This document shows positions 1 to 9,708 of a stretch of 56,796 nt of DNA, one piece after another. A program made the position numbers and the translations under genes. Positions within the stretch are counted from its first letter, which is position 1. Each line of letters opens with the position of its first letter. The DNA comes from a virus. The stretch covers positions 64,001 to 120,796 of IMG/VR virus record IMGVR_UViG_3300042261_000652, one strand, 5' to 3'. The notes under the pieces are model-generated. The model saw only the letters and a program-made list of their open reading frames with translations, was not told the origin of the DNA and made no database searches.

Positions 1-1
1 A

Positions 2-346
2 TTTGAGACGGACGGTAAAAATATTGTACCGTATGTGGTATACGAGCATGGGCGATGGCCAATCGAGTTAACGTCGGGATACGAGCGTTTTATTGCAAGT
101 ATAGCAATTAGGGTGGCACTGGCTAACATTTCCAATTTGCCAATGGCAAACTTCCTTGCGTTGGACGAAGGTATGGGAACATTGGATAAAGAGCATCTCG
201 CCATAATGCCTACATTTTTTTCAATATTAAAACATTCTTACGATTTCATCCTTATCATTTCACATCTTGACAATATCCGAGATGCAGTGGATAAACAGAT
301 AGAAATCCTTCACGATGGGACGACATCAAAAGTCGTATTCGAGTGA
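2..346 (+). CDS. Rad50/SbcC-like recombination ATPase, C-terminal fragment (T4 gp46-like); 5' end lies upstream of the window
   Basis: Frame continues open from nt 2. ABC signature-like 'TSGYERFIASIAIRVAL', Walker B/D-loop 'FLALDEGMGTLD' and H-loop 'IISHLD' in the correct order; stop at 344-346. Confidence 0.55.
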   Translation, partial: FETDGKNIVPYVVYEHGRWPIELTSGYERFIASIAIRVALANISNLPMANFLALDEGMGTLDKEHLAIMPTFFSILKHSYDFILIISHLDNIRDAVDKQIEILHDGTTSKVVFE

Positions 347-408
347 AGTGGACAGGTGCAGTTGGGATAAATATAATAAGTTTCAACCTTTTTTTACTAA
401 ATATGTGA

Positions 409-432
409 ATATATCCTATTTATAGGATATAT
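409..432. promoter_or_regulatory. Perfect 11-bp inverted repeat (ATATATCCTAT-tt-ATAGGATATAT) ending on the AT of the 431 start codon
   Basis: Arms 409-419 and 422-432 are exact reverse complements with a 2-nt spacer; follows a GATAAATATAATAAG box. Confidence 0.45.
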
Positions 433-2530
433 GTCATTACAATTACTTTCAGGGTTCAATAAGCGTGGAATAGATCGTGGATTATTCACGATGCAAGTGG
501 ATATAGAGGACACTGCACACTTATCAAAATACTTCGAAGTTGTCGAATTTGCCCCCGTATTTACTGCGGGGAAAAATTCTATTGCCTTTAATGGAAGCAA
601 TCTACTCAAAGACGGCGCTGAAATAAAGGTACAATGCATAGACTCTAATGGGAATAACTTATATTTAGATTATCCCCGCAGTAGTACTCAATATACAGAC
701 ATCGCCAAGTTTGTTGTTGCCATTCATGTATATAATGAAATATATAATGGGGCGGGAAAACTTGCACTCGTTGGAACGACTGCGAAAAACGAAGTTGTTC
801 GATGGATTGCCAATATTTCCATAGATAAGACTCTTAATAATGTCTCTAAGACTAGATTTCAATCCACGCCGACGATTGAGGCCAGATCTTTGCTCTACAA
901 CGTCATTTCTGGCGACATTGCTCCGCAACTAACATCTAATATCAATTTTACAGGAAGTTGTTTTGGTAACGCTATAACTCCACAGAAGGATACGATTAAA
1001 AGTTATATTAATCCTAAAAAAACGGAAACGGATTATCGTATAACGTTTAACTCTTCGAATGCTGCCGCTATTGCTCCGACAATTTATCCGACAGAATCTT
1101 TCAATTCGCAGATGGAGGGGCAGGCAATTACGTTAGTTACACAATACATTCAAGAGCCATTTTCATATAAAGAGAAATATGCATATGTTACGGCCTCTTT
1201 CAAAATAAAAAAAGTATTAAATTCCAACACACTTCAAGTTGATAGTCCGTTTTTCTTTTCTGCCGGGAAAGATCAGGGGGTAACTAATATTAATATCGCC
1301 GGATTTACATCATCATATAAATGGGTTGCATATAATACAGCACTGGACGCATATAGCAAATATACCGATTTAAATGGAAAGACTTTATATCAGCGAGAAT
1401 CATATGCTGAAATTCTATATAGAAACTTGACTACGTTTACTGGATTTGTCGCAAGACATAAATTATATCGTAAAAGTATGCTTTACCCCGGCGACTATCA
1501 ACTCATCGCCGACGAACCACTTACATTTAGGGATCTGCTCGTAGATCCGGTAACATCCAACAAAACTTATAATCTCATAGGGAATTTTTATAATCAGTGT
1601 CATATTGATAGATACTGGTTTACCAGCTCGGCTGAGATTGGACTGTCTCATTCGGTATCGCCACGCATTAATTCTATGACGATTGATATGGCGGGAACCA
1701 ATTATAAACTAATGGATGGGTCGAAGTATGTTATTGCAAAGATGGATGCGACTGCTGACTCTACCAATGATTGTATATATTACCCATATGATCAAGACGC
1801 CTTCAATAAATTATCGGGCTCTCATTATTATTCTAATTTTATAGATCTTAAATCGGGGTCATTATATGTAATTTCTACAAATCTAACAGTTGAAAAATCA
1901 AGTTATGAGACTGCCAAAATAGAATTTTATTTGACCAGCTCCATTTCGGATATTGTAAAGGAGAAGTATTATATTCCACCATATGGGTGGAAACTAGGCG
2001 AAATTCAGATTAAAGACCAAATCGACCTTAAAATTTTTGCGGATAAACAATATATTTATTTTACACCGCTATCCGATTATTATGGCACTCTGGTAATTGT
2101 GCCATACTTATGCAAACCCACATTTTCGGAATTATCCATCGGAATTTATGGGGATTATGGATTTTCTCCCGACGCATCAATAACTAAAGTTCCATTTAAA
2201 ATTAATGTTGCGAATGAGCCGTGGCAATTGAGATCGGAATTATATGACATTAATTCCACGCTTGTTTATTCAAACCTTCAGACTGTCCAGACATTTGATA
2301 TCAATGGTGAGAGTTTGTTTGGATCTACGGGAGGAGACTCCCCCAATCCTAATTATACTACTTTTAATGCAACCATCATTCCCTCATATAATATCAATAC
2401 AAATGATTATTTGAGCATTCTCACATCGGGTGGAGAGGGCAGGGCGCTCAGCGTTCGTTATATCGGGGATTTAAGCCAAGGTCGCAGAATTGAAGTGAGG
2501 CCAGATGGTACAAAATACACATATCAGTAG
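431..2530 (+). CDS. Hypothetical protein (699 aa), probably virion/tail structural; no motif recognised
   Basis: Long uninterrupted ORF in the structural gene neighbourhood; Asn/Ser/Thr/Tyr-rich composition typical of phage structural proteins. Confidence 0.5.
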   Translation: MSLQLLSGFNKRGIDRGLFTMQVDIEDTAHLSKYFEVVEFAPVFTAGKNSIAFNGSNLLKDGAEIKVQCIDSNGNNLYLDYPRSSTQYTDIAKFVVAIHVYNEIYNGAGKLALVGTTAKNEVVRWIANISIDKTLNNVSKTRFQSTPTIEARSLLYNVISGDIAPQLTSNINFTGSCFGNAITPQKDTIKSYINPKKTETDYRITFNSSNAAAIAPTIYPTESFNSQMEGQAITLVTQYIQEPFSYKEKYAYVTASFKIKKVLNSNTLQVDSPFFFSAGKDQGVTNINIAGFTSSYKWVAYNTALDAYSKYTDLNGKTLYQRESYAEILYRNLTTFTGFVARHKLYRKSMLYPGDYQLIADEPLTFRDLLVDPVTSNKTYNLIGNFYNQCHIDRYWFTSSAEIGLSHSVSPRINSMTIDMAGTNYKLMDGSKYVIAKMDATADSTNDCIYYPYDQDAFNKLSGSHYYSNFIDLKSGSLYVISTNLTVEKSSYETAKIEFYLTSSISDIVKEKYYIPPYGWKLGEIQIKDQIDLKIFADKQYIYFTPLSDYYGTLVIVPYLCKPTFSELSIGIYGDYGFSPDASITKVPFKINVANEPWQLRSELYDINSTLVYSNLQTVQTFDINGESLFGSTGGDSPNPNYTTFNATIIPSYNINTNDYLSILTSGGEGRALSVRYIGDLSQGRRIEVRPDGTKYTYQ

Positions 2531-2603
2531 AATTTTACGATTTTCCACAAATAGTTATTTGTGTCGATAAATAATTGAAAAACGTAGAGTTGAGAAGAAA
2601 GTT

Positions 2604-3251
2604 ATGCATAAAGACAAAAGCAATCTGGATATAGTACGCTCATATCTTAGCGGAGAAAGACCGTGGGTCCAAATTGGATATACGGGAAAAAAGTATACCA
2701 AACGCAATGTAGGAGATCGGTGGACGGATAATCGGGGGATAGAGTGGGAACAGAAAGTGGGCGGACCTACCAGAGTCAATAAAATGGCTGAAGCTATTCG
2801 AGAGGCCCGAGGAAAGGACGTATGCAAAAAGTGTCAAAAAGAGATGCGATGGGGAGATAAAACTGATCAACTCTTCTTCCGCAAAACAGGACTTTGCACC
2901 GATTGTCTTATAACTTATGAAACTAATTTGCGAATACTCGGAATCCATTCCGAATATGAGACCATGAAATTGGCTTCCAATGAAATGGGGTTTTTAAAAG
3001 ATGCACGAGATAAAATTTCCGAAACCCTGAATTTCTTTCAACAGGATGGTGGCGATGTTACTATGATATGCAACTCGGAGGGATTTGTAGAACGGTGGAA
3101 AAATACCAATAGAGAGCAAATCATAGAAGATGCCAAGCGAGATTTGAAATTGATCAAAAAGTACATTGCGAATCTTTCCAAACTTAAAAATAAGTGTAAA
3201 AAGATATATGTAGAAAATGCCAAAAAATACAATTTAGAAATTTATGTCTAA
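2604..3251 (+). CDS. Hypothetical Zn-ribbon protein (215 aa); positional candidate for small terminase subunit
   Basis: Lies immediately upstream of the large terminase and overlaps it by 8 nt; CxxC...CxxC ('CKKCQKE...CTDC'); no direct sequence recognition. Confidence 0.4.
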   Translation: MHKDKSNLDIVRSYLSGERPWVQIGYTGKKYTKRNVGDRWTDNRGIEWEQKVGGPTRVNKMAEAIREARGKDVCKKCQKEMRWGDKTDQLFFRKTGLCTDCLITYETNLRILGIHSEYETMKLASNEMGFLKDARDKISETLNFFQQDGGDVTMICNSEGFVERWKNTNREQIIEDAKRDLKLIKKYIANLSKLKNKCKKIYVENAKKYNLEIYV

Positions 3252-6200
3252 CAAGCCGCAGCTTTCCTATCAAGAGTTGATCAAGCAAGAATATACAAAG
3301 TGCTTGGAATCTCCGGTGTATTTTATGAAATATTACGCCAAGATTCAACATCCAGTTCGGGGAACGATTTTATTTAATTTATATAAGTTTCAAGAAGAAA
3401 CTCTTCAGGAGTTTCACGATTATAAGTTTAATATTATTTTAAAATCTCGTCAGATGGGCATTTCTACTCTTGTTGCTGTATATTCGCTGTGGCTGATGAT
3501 TTTCCATAAGGACAAGAATATTCTGCTGATTTCATTAAAACAGGATGATGCGAAGGAAGTTATCGGCAAGGTTAGATTCGCAAATGAAAATCTCCCCACG
3601 TGGCTTAAAGTAAAATGTCTTGAGGACAATAGATTATCACTCAAATTTGCAAATGGATCTCAAATTAAAGCCGCATCAACTACAAAGAAGTCTGGAGTAG
3701 GACACGCTTTAAGTTTATTAATAATAGATGAGGCGGGGCTAATCGATGAAGCGGATGAATTGTGGACTTCGGCACAGCCGACGCTATCAACCGGAGGATC
3801 GTCGATTGTATTATCTTGCGTAACCAAAGATACAATGGTAATAACATCGAAAGGAATAAAAGAAATCGGATCATTTGTAGATAAATCGAAAATTGGCGGA
3901 TATGAAATAGATAAATATAACGTGATGGGAGTCGATGGCATAAGATGTGGAAACTTATTTCACAACAACGGAAAACAGAAAACAAACATTTTAAAAACAA
4001 AGTTTTCGTCCATCGAATGCACCGATAATCATAAGGTGTGGGCGTATAAGCAAAGTACAAAAAGATATGATTGGTATGAGTCATCTCAATTGGAAGTAGG
4101 TGATTTTTTATCACTTCAATATGGGCAAAAAATGTGGGGAAATAATGATGATATATCATCATTTACGCCGTCGATATCGCCCAAGATACATTCTCCATAT
4201 CATCCAAAAAATATTAGTATAGAAATGGCGTATTTACTTGGATTGTATATTGCTGAAGGAAGTGTATACAAAGTCGTAGACAAAAATGATAACTTTGTGG
4301 GAGGAATTCTAACTATCACGTGTGGAGACAATATTTCGTGGGTATTTGATAAGCTTAATTTGACATATAGTTGTCTGGATGGATTACATTATACTATATC
4401 AAATAAAAATTTTATTGAGTTGATGGAATATTTAGGATTTGACGTATCGGTAAAGGCAAATCAAAAATATATTCCTCCTCGATTAATGGAGATGTCTGGC
4501 GACAATATTAAATGGTTATTACGTGGTATTTTTGATGGAGATGGGTGCAGCACAAAAAAAGCCGTAAAACTTACATCTACATCTTGCAAGTTAATAAAAC
4601 AAGTTCGGATGTTGCTTCATAATTTTGGTATTCTCGGAAGTATAGTATCGGAAACGAAAGACAGTTTGAATTCGAGAAATGGAAAAATAAAACATAATCA
4701 TGATTCGCACAATTTAGAAATTTGTGGACGCTATATGATTGATTTTTTCAATCGAGTTGGGTTTGGATTAGAACGAAAACAAACACTCCGGCCACCCATA
4801 GTAAAAATGAATGTTGGTCGTGCATGTAGTAAAGATGTCATTCCCGATTCATTGGAATTGGTTAAGGAAATAGTCCAGGCAACCGGAATGACGTATACCG
4901 AAATAAATAAGCGATGCAATATTCAAGTCAATGGCTACTGTAGTCCGACCAAGTATAAGAGCAATAATATATCTCGGCAAAATGTTATTACATTGTATGC
5001 TATGTTTTATGGATTATTATCAGCCGAAACACAAATTTACTGGAATAATATAATAAAATCCGACGTCGTGTGGTGTGAAATTACGTCCATCGAACATTCG
5101 GAAAATGAAACGTTTGACTTTTCTCTTCCTGAAAATAGTGATGATTTTTGGTGTCATTCTATCATTTATAATGGAATTATTGGGCACCAAACTCCAAGAG
5201 GAGTTGGTAATTGGTTTCATAGAATGTGGCAAAGTGCAGAAGAAGATAATGGCAAAAAGGTAGGAAAGAATGGATTTCACCCTATTAAATTGCCTTGGAA
5301 TTTACACCCCGAACGAACCGAGGAGTGGAGGCGAGTAGAAGGTGAAAAAATAGGAAGTTCTAAAAAAGCTGCGCAAGAATTTGACTGCGACTTTTTAGCA
5401 TCGGGTGACAACGTTGTAGAATTGTCCATCGTAGAATTCTATAAAAAGAATATACAAAAAGATCCCACGGATATTCGTGGAGCAGATCGTGGCTTATGGG
5501 TATGGCAATATCCTGATTATACCCAGACATATTTATTGTCCGCAGATACCGCTCGTGGCGATGGTAGCGATTTTTCGGCAGCACACGTTATTAATGCGAC
5601 GACATTGGAACAATGTGCCGAATATAAGGGACAGTTAGGAACCAAGGATTTTGGAAATTTGCTGGTGGCGCTTGGAACGGAATATAATAACGCATTGCTT
5701 ATTCCCGAGCGGGAAAATGTTGGATGGGCGACAATTCAGGCAATTATAGATAGAAACTATCCAAACTTGTTTTATATGACTAAGGATCTAAAATATGTAG
5801 ATCCGGACACGCAATTTTCAAACAATTACTATTCGGAAGATAAAAAGGCAGTACCGGGATTCACGACAAATATAAAAACCCGTCCCATCATTATTTCTCA
5901 GTTAGAATTATATTTCAGAGAAAAAGCAATACGAATATATTCTAAAAGAACTATCGCCGAGCTTGAAACATTTATTTGGGAAAATGGTAAAGCCCAAGCT
6001 ATGAAGGGATATAACGACGATTTAATATTATCGCTTGGGATTGGACTGTGGGTTAGAGATACCGCCCTGCGGTTACGACAAGAGGGAATAGATATAACAA
6101 AAGCATCTTTAAATCATTTGTCTATGAATAAAATGGATCAGACGCCATTTTATAAGACACAAACGGCTCAGCGTGGACGAGAACAGTGGACTATGAAGAC

Positions 6201-6258
6201 GGGAAGGCAGGGAATCGGACAACACAATACGGAAGATCTGAACTGGTTAATACGCTAA
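3244..6258 (+). CDS. Terminase large subunit (T4 gp17-like), interrupted by an intein
   Basis: Walker A 'KSRQMGIST', Walker B 'LLIIDEAG', then insertion starting 'CVTKDT'; resumes with gp17-like 'IIGHQTPRGVGNWFHRMW' (T4: TTPNGLNHFY). The 1004-aa length exceeds a normal ~600-aa terminase by the intein size. Confidence 0.85.
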   Translation: MSNKPQLSYQELIKQEYTKCLESPVYFMKYYAKIQHPVRGTILFNLYKFQEETLQEFHDYKFNIILKSRQMGISTLVAVYSLWLMIFHKDKNILLISLKQDDAKEVIGKVRFANENLPTWLKVKCLEDNRLSLKFANGSQIKAASTTKKSGVGHALSLLIIDEAGLIDEADELWTSAQPTLSTGGSSIVLSCVTKDTMVITSKGIKEIGSFVDKSKIGGYEIDKYNVMGVDGIRCGNLFHNNGKQKTNILKTKFSSIECTDNHKVWAYKQSTKRYDWYESSQLEVGDFLSLQYGQKMWGNNDDISSFTPSISPKIHSPYHPKNISIEMAYLLGLYIAEGSVYKVVDKNDNFVGGILTITCGDNISWVFDKLNLTYSCLDGLHYTISNKNFIELMEYLGFDVSVKANQKYIPPRLMEMSGDNIKWLLRGIFDGDGCSTKKAVKLTSTSCKLIKQVRMLLHNFGILGSIVSETKDSLNSRNGKIKHNHDSHNLEICGRYMIDFFNRVGFGLERKQTLRPPIVKMNVGRACSKDVIPDSLELVKEIVQATGMTYTEINKRCNIQVNGYCSPTKYKSNNISRQNVITLYAMFYGLLSAETQIYWNNIIKSDVVWCEITSIEHSENETFDFSLPENSDDFWCHSIIYNGIIGHQTPRGVGNWFHRMWQSAEEDNGKKVGKNGFHPIKLPWNLHPERTEEWRRVEGEKIGSSKKAAQEFDCDFLASGDNVVELSIVEFYKKNIQKDPTDIRGADRGLWVWQYPDYTQTYLLSADTARGDGSDFSAAHVINATTLEQCAEYKGQLGTKDFGNLLVALGTEYNNALLIPERENVGWATIQAIIDRNYPNLFYMTKDLKYVDPDTQFSNNYYSEDKKAVPGFTTNIKTRPIIISQLELYFREKAIRIYSKRTIAELETFIWENGKAQAMKGYNDDLILSLGIGLWVRDTALRLRQEGIDITKASLNHLSMNKMDQTPFYKTQTAQRGREQWTMKTGRQGIGQHNTEDLNWLIR
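3817..5172 (+). mobile_element. Intein with LAGLIDADG homing-endonuclease domain inside the terminase ATPase domain (C-terminal junction approximate)
   Basis: Begins with Cys (tgc 3817) right after Walker B. Two LAGLIDADG-type motifs 'LLGLYIAEGSV' and 'LLRGIFDGDGC'; block F/G-like 'VVWCEITSIEHSENETFDF...FWCHSIIYN' ending in Asn. Exact C-terminal splice junction could not be fixed (next residue Gly). Confidence 0.55.
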
Positions 6259-6321
6259 TAACAGGTTTTTCAAAAATATTTATATGGATGATGTGTTATA
6301 TAACACAAATAAGAACAAAAT

Positions 6322-9300
6322 ATGCCAAACCAAACACAAATTAAGCCATTTGACGATCAGATTTTAGACGTTAAAAAGCAATCGCTGTATGCGAGATTGA
6401 AGAGATTATTCTCTACCGATGTTATTGTACGTAACGTAGGCGGCAAACAGCTTAAAATAAAAGATACCGATAATATTATGTACGCAACGGATAGAAATTC
6501 GTTGCGTGACAGATTTAATCGTATTCGCTCGACTGCATATAATGCATACACACGTGATTTTGCGATGTCATATCAAGCGGCACGGATGGATTTATTTCGT
6601 GACTATGATTGTGTGGGACCAGATACCATTATTCCATTACCGGATGGATCACGACCTACCATTGCAGAACTGGCCGAGAAATATAAAAATAATCCACAGG
6701 AAAGATTCTGGGTTTTTTCCTATGATCACGAAACCGATTCCATAAAACTTGGGAAAGCATATCATCCAAGGAAAAAGAAAGGCGTCCGCCAAGGTTATAA
6801 AATAACTTTTGATAATGGACAATCTATAATCGGAAGTTTGAAACATCCATTTTTAATGCGGGATGGAAGCAAAAAACGCCTTTTCGAATTGCGTGTTGGA
6901 GATTCTGTAATGCCTTTCTACGAAAAAGAATACGGATATAATAAACATGGATTTAAACGCTATCGTAGGTTATATAACTTTTCGAGAGGATGGCAGCAAG
7001 AGCATAAAATAGTCGCCGAGCAGTTTTATAGACCACTTGAAAAAAATGAAGTGATTCATCATAAAAACTTCAACGGGTCGGATAACACGCCCGAAAATCT
7101 TGAAATAATGGATTGGAAAGAGCATAAACGATTTCATTCCGACCACAACAAAAATGTATTATGGGGCGAGAAAAACTATAAAAATCAACTCCATAAGTTG
7201 AAGTCTCATCCAAATTATGTTAACCGGGCGGTTCATCATTGGAATGGAGAACGTGTCGGGTCGAGTAATCCATTTTATGGAAAACAACATACTATTGAAT
7301 CTAATGAGAAAAGATCAAAATCCTTAAAAGAAGCATTTATTAATAAAGATCAAACAGGAAAAAAGAATCCAAACTATAGAGATGATGTTACGTTTGATAA
7401 TGTAAAACAAAAAGCATTTGAATATTATAAAGAATATTCAAAAATAAACATATGGGATTTTATTAAACACATTCATTGCGATCATTCTACCCTTCAAAAT
7501 CGACTAAAAAAAGAAGGACATAACTGGAAATCTTTTAAACGAGAAGTTGAAAACACTTTAAATCATAAAATAATATCAATCGAGAGCGTTGGAGAGGTTG
7601 AGGTTTATGACGTTACAGTTGAAAAATATGAAAATTTTGCTACGGATAGTTGTATAGTCGGAAACACGATGGACATGGACCCCATAATGTGTTCAGCATT
7701 AGATATTTACGCAGATGAATGCTTGACCTACAATGAAGTAGGTAAAATGATAACAGTCCACTCGAATAATAATAACGTAAAACGAATTCTTGAGAATTTA
7801 TTCGATGAAATCTTAAATGTTAGATTTAATCTATGGTCGTGGGTGAGAAATATGTGTAAATATGGAGATTTCTATCTTAAATTATATATTACTCCCGAGT
7901 ATGGGATTTATATGGTAGAGCCAATTTCCGCATATAATGTTGAACGGATTGAGAATTCTGACCCCTCTAATAAGCGATATGTTAAATTTCAAATTCGTCC
8001 TACAGATACAACACAATCAGAGGTTCTCGAAAATTATGAAGTGGCGCATTTTCGTCTAATTAATGATAGTAATTTCTTGCCGTACGGTAAGAGTTTAATA
8101 GAAGGAGCTAGACGAGTTTGGAAGCAACTATCTCTGATGGAAGATGCTATGCTTATCCATCGCATTATGCGTGCTCCCGAAAAGCGAATTTTTTATACTG
8201 ATATTGGAAATATTCCGCCAAATGAAGTCGATGCTTATATGCAAAAAATGATGGATAAAATGAAGAAAATTCCATACATGGATGAGCAATCGGGCGATTA
8301 TAATTTGAGATTTAATCTTCAAAATATGGTGGAGGATTATTATATTCCAGTTCGTGGCGGTGACAGCGGAACAAAGATTGATACTCTTGGTGGTATGGAA
8401 TGGACTGGAACTGAAGATATAGAATATCTTCGCAATAAATTGATGTCTGCGCTCAAAATTCCCAAAGCATTTTTAGGATATGAAGAGGGAATTAGCGGAA
8501 AGGCGACCTTGGCATCGGAAGATGTTAGGTTTGCTCGCACAATTCAACGATTACAATGTATTATTGCATCGGAATTAGGCAAAATTGCCACCGTTCATTT
8601 ATATGCTCAGGGATATAGAGACGAGTCTCTTGTGGATTTTGAATTAGAATTAACCAATCCATCAACCATATTTGAGAAAGAAAAGGTTGAAATATGGTCT
8701 GATAAGGTTGCGGTTGCTACAGATATGGTGGAAAATAAGTTTTTCTCGTATAAGTGGGCTTATAAGAACATCTTCAATATGTCGGAGGATGATATCGAGA
8801 AAGTTAGAGAAGAAATCGTCGAGGATGCCAAACAAAGGTATAGATTCGCATCTATTGAAGAAGATGGGGATGATCCTGCCAAGCCGTTTAAGAAGATTGG
8901 GGGCAAAGGTGGCGATGACGAAGATGGCGACAAAGATATCGGAGATCTCGGCGGTGGTGGAGGTCTTGGGGGTGGAATGCATAGCAGTGGCGGTCTCGGA
9001 GGTTCAGACTTGGAAGATATGGATAAATTTGGAGAAGACGGCCCGGGTTTAGACGATTTGGCGGACATAGAGGGTGGCAATGAAGAAGGAGAAGGGGATG
9101 AAGACAAGGAAACGGAAGATGAAACGGGTCCAGAAAAGTCTAAAAATATAAAAGAATATGCAGATCCGGCCAAGGACCGAGATCAAAGTGGTGAACACGA
9201 TGCTCGTAGAGATCATCCTATGGCAGAAGATCCGCTCGGACAAGATGCCATGAATGCCAATACAAAGACAAATAGTGAACGTAAAAAGAAAAGTGCAATT

Positions 9301-9501
9301 GCCCATAATTATGAGGGGGGAAGTCCATTGAGCCGATTGCATGAACGAAATAAGCCCGTAGTTGATGGGGCTATGATCAAAAGTTTATCCGAATTTTTAA
9401 ATAAAACAGGAAAGAATATAAAAACGGAGCTTTTAAATGAAATTATAAGGGACAATCCGAATAATAAATCTATGATGGATGAGTCCAACATTTTAGAATA
9501 A
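6322..9501 (+). CDS. Portal protein (T4 gp20-like) with an intein and a long acidic/Gly-rich C-terminal extension
   Basis: Extein resumes with the gp20-like 'DPIMCSALDIYADE' motif; insertion begins 'CVGPDTIIPLPDG' (Hint block A); gene sits directly after the terminase. Confidence 0.8.
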   Translation: MPNQTQIKPFDDQILDVKKQSLYARLKRLFSTDVIVRNVGGKQLKIKDTDNIMYATDRNSLRDRFNRIRSTAYNAYTRDFAMSYQAARMDLFRDYDCVGPDTIIPLPDGSRPTIAELAEKYKNNPQERFWVFSYDHETDSIKLGKAYHPRKKKGVRQGYKITFDNGQSIIGSLKHPFLMRDGSKKRLFELRVGDSVMPFYEKEYGYNKHGFKRYRRLYNFSRGWQQEHKIVAEQFYRPLEKNEVIHHKNFNGSDNTPENLEIMDWKEHKRFHSDHNKNVLWGEKNYKNQLHKLKSHPNYVNRAVHHWNGERVGSSNPFYGKQHTIESNEKRSKSLKEAFINKDQTGKKNPNYRDDVTFDNVKQKAFEYYKEYSKINIWDFIKHIHCDHSTLQNRLKKEGHNWKSFKREVENTLNHKIISIESVGEVEVYDVTVEKYENFATDSCIVGNTMDMDPIMCSALDIYADECLTYNEVGKMITVHSNNNNVKRILENLFDEILNVRFNLWSWVRNMCKYGDFYLKLYITPEYGIYMVEPISAYNVERIENSDPSNKRYVKFQIRPTDTTQSEVLENYEVAHFRLINDSNFLPYGKSLIEGARRVWKQLSLMEDAMLIHRIMRAPEKRIFYTDIGNIPPNEVDAYMQKMMDKMKKIPYMDEQSGDYNLRFNLQNMVEDYYIPVRGGDSGTKIDTLGGMEWTGTEDIEYLRNKLMSALKIPKAFLGYEEGISGKATLASEDVRFARTIQRLQCIIASELGKIATVHLYAQGYRDESLVDFELELTNPSTIFEKEKVEIWSDKVAVATDMVENKFFSYKWAYKNIFNMSEDDIEKVREEIVEDAKQRYRFASIEEDGDDPAKPFKKIGGKGGDDEDGDKDIGDLGGGGGLGGGMHSSGGLGGSDLEDMDKFGEDGPGLDDLADIEGGNEEGEGDEDKETEDETGPEKSKNIKEYADPAKDRDQSGEHDARRDHPMAEDPLGQDAMNANTKTNSERKKKSAIAHNYEGGSPLSRLHERNKPVVDGAMIKSLSEFLNKTGKNIKTELLNEIIRDNPNNKSMMDESNILE
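6610..7665 (+). mobile_element. Intein in the portal gene carrying an HNH endonuclease domain
   Basis: Starts with Cys (tgt 6610) after 'FRDYD'. HNH-like 'HHKNFNGSDNTPENLEIMDWKEHKRFHSDHN'; block F/G 'VYDVTVEKYENFATDSCIVGN' followed by Thr; the flanks rejoin to a gp20-like sequence. Confidence 0.6.
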
Positions 9502-9582
9502 GTCTTACGTATATGAATATAAACTTAGTGTTTACTTCATTATTTATATATTTATAATCAATCGAATAGCAAAGCTAATATT

Positions 9583-9708
9583 ATGCAGAATGTGGAATAT
9601 AAACGTAAGTGTCCGGAATGTGGCTGTGATATAGTATACATTTCACTTGATTCTTTCCGACACGCCAAGTCAACGTCAAAATGTCGTTGGGGGGAATCTA
9701 GCCTATGA
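9583..9708 (+). CDS. Small Zn-ribbon ORF (41 aa; MQNVEYKRKCPECGCD...KCRWGESSL), below the ORF-track length cutoff
   Basis: ATG at 9583 preceded by an ATATTTATAA box; stop overlaps the next gene's ATG as ATGA; Cys spacing CxxCxC...C. Confidence 0.3.
   Translation: MQNVEYKRKCPECGCDIVYISLDSFRHAKSTSKCRWGESSL

Noticed and set aside
3450-4162. Antisense ORFs within the terminase/intein (3450..3644-, 3660..3941-, 3680..4162-)
   Set aside because: They are wholly contained in a confidently assigned coding region on the opposite strand. They are hydrophobic junk translations typical of AT-rich antisense.
8662-9342. Minus- and plus-strand ORFs (8662..8982-, 8672..9052+, 8760..9173-, 9049..9342-) with Pro/Ser-rich translations
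   Set aside because: They fall inside the portal gene's Gly/Asp/Glu-rich C-terminal tail, where purine-rich repeats (gga/gat/gaa) keep other frames open. There are no start contexts and no conservation signals.
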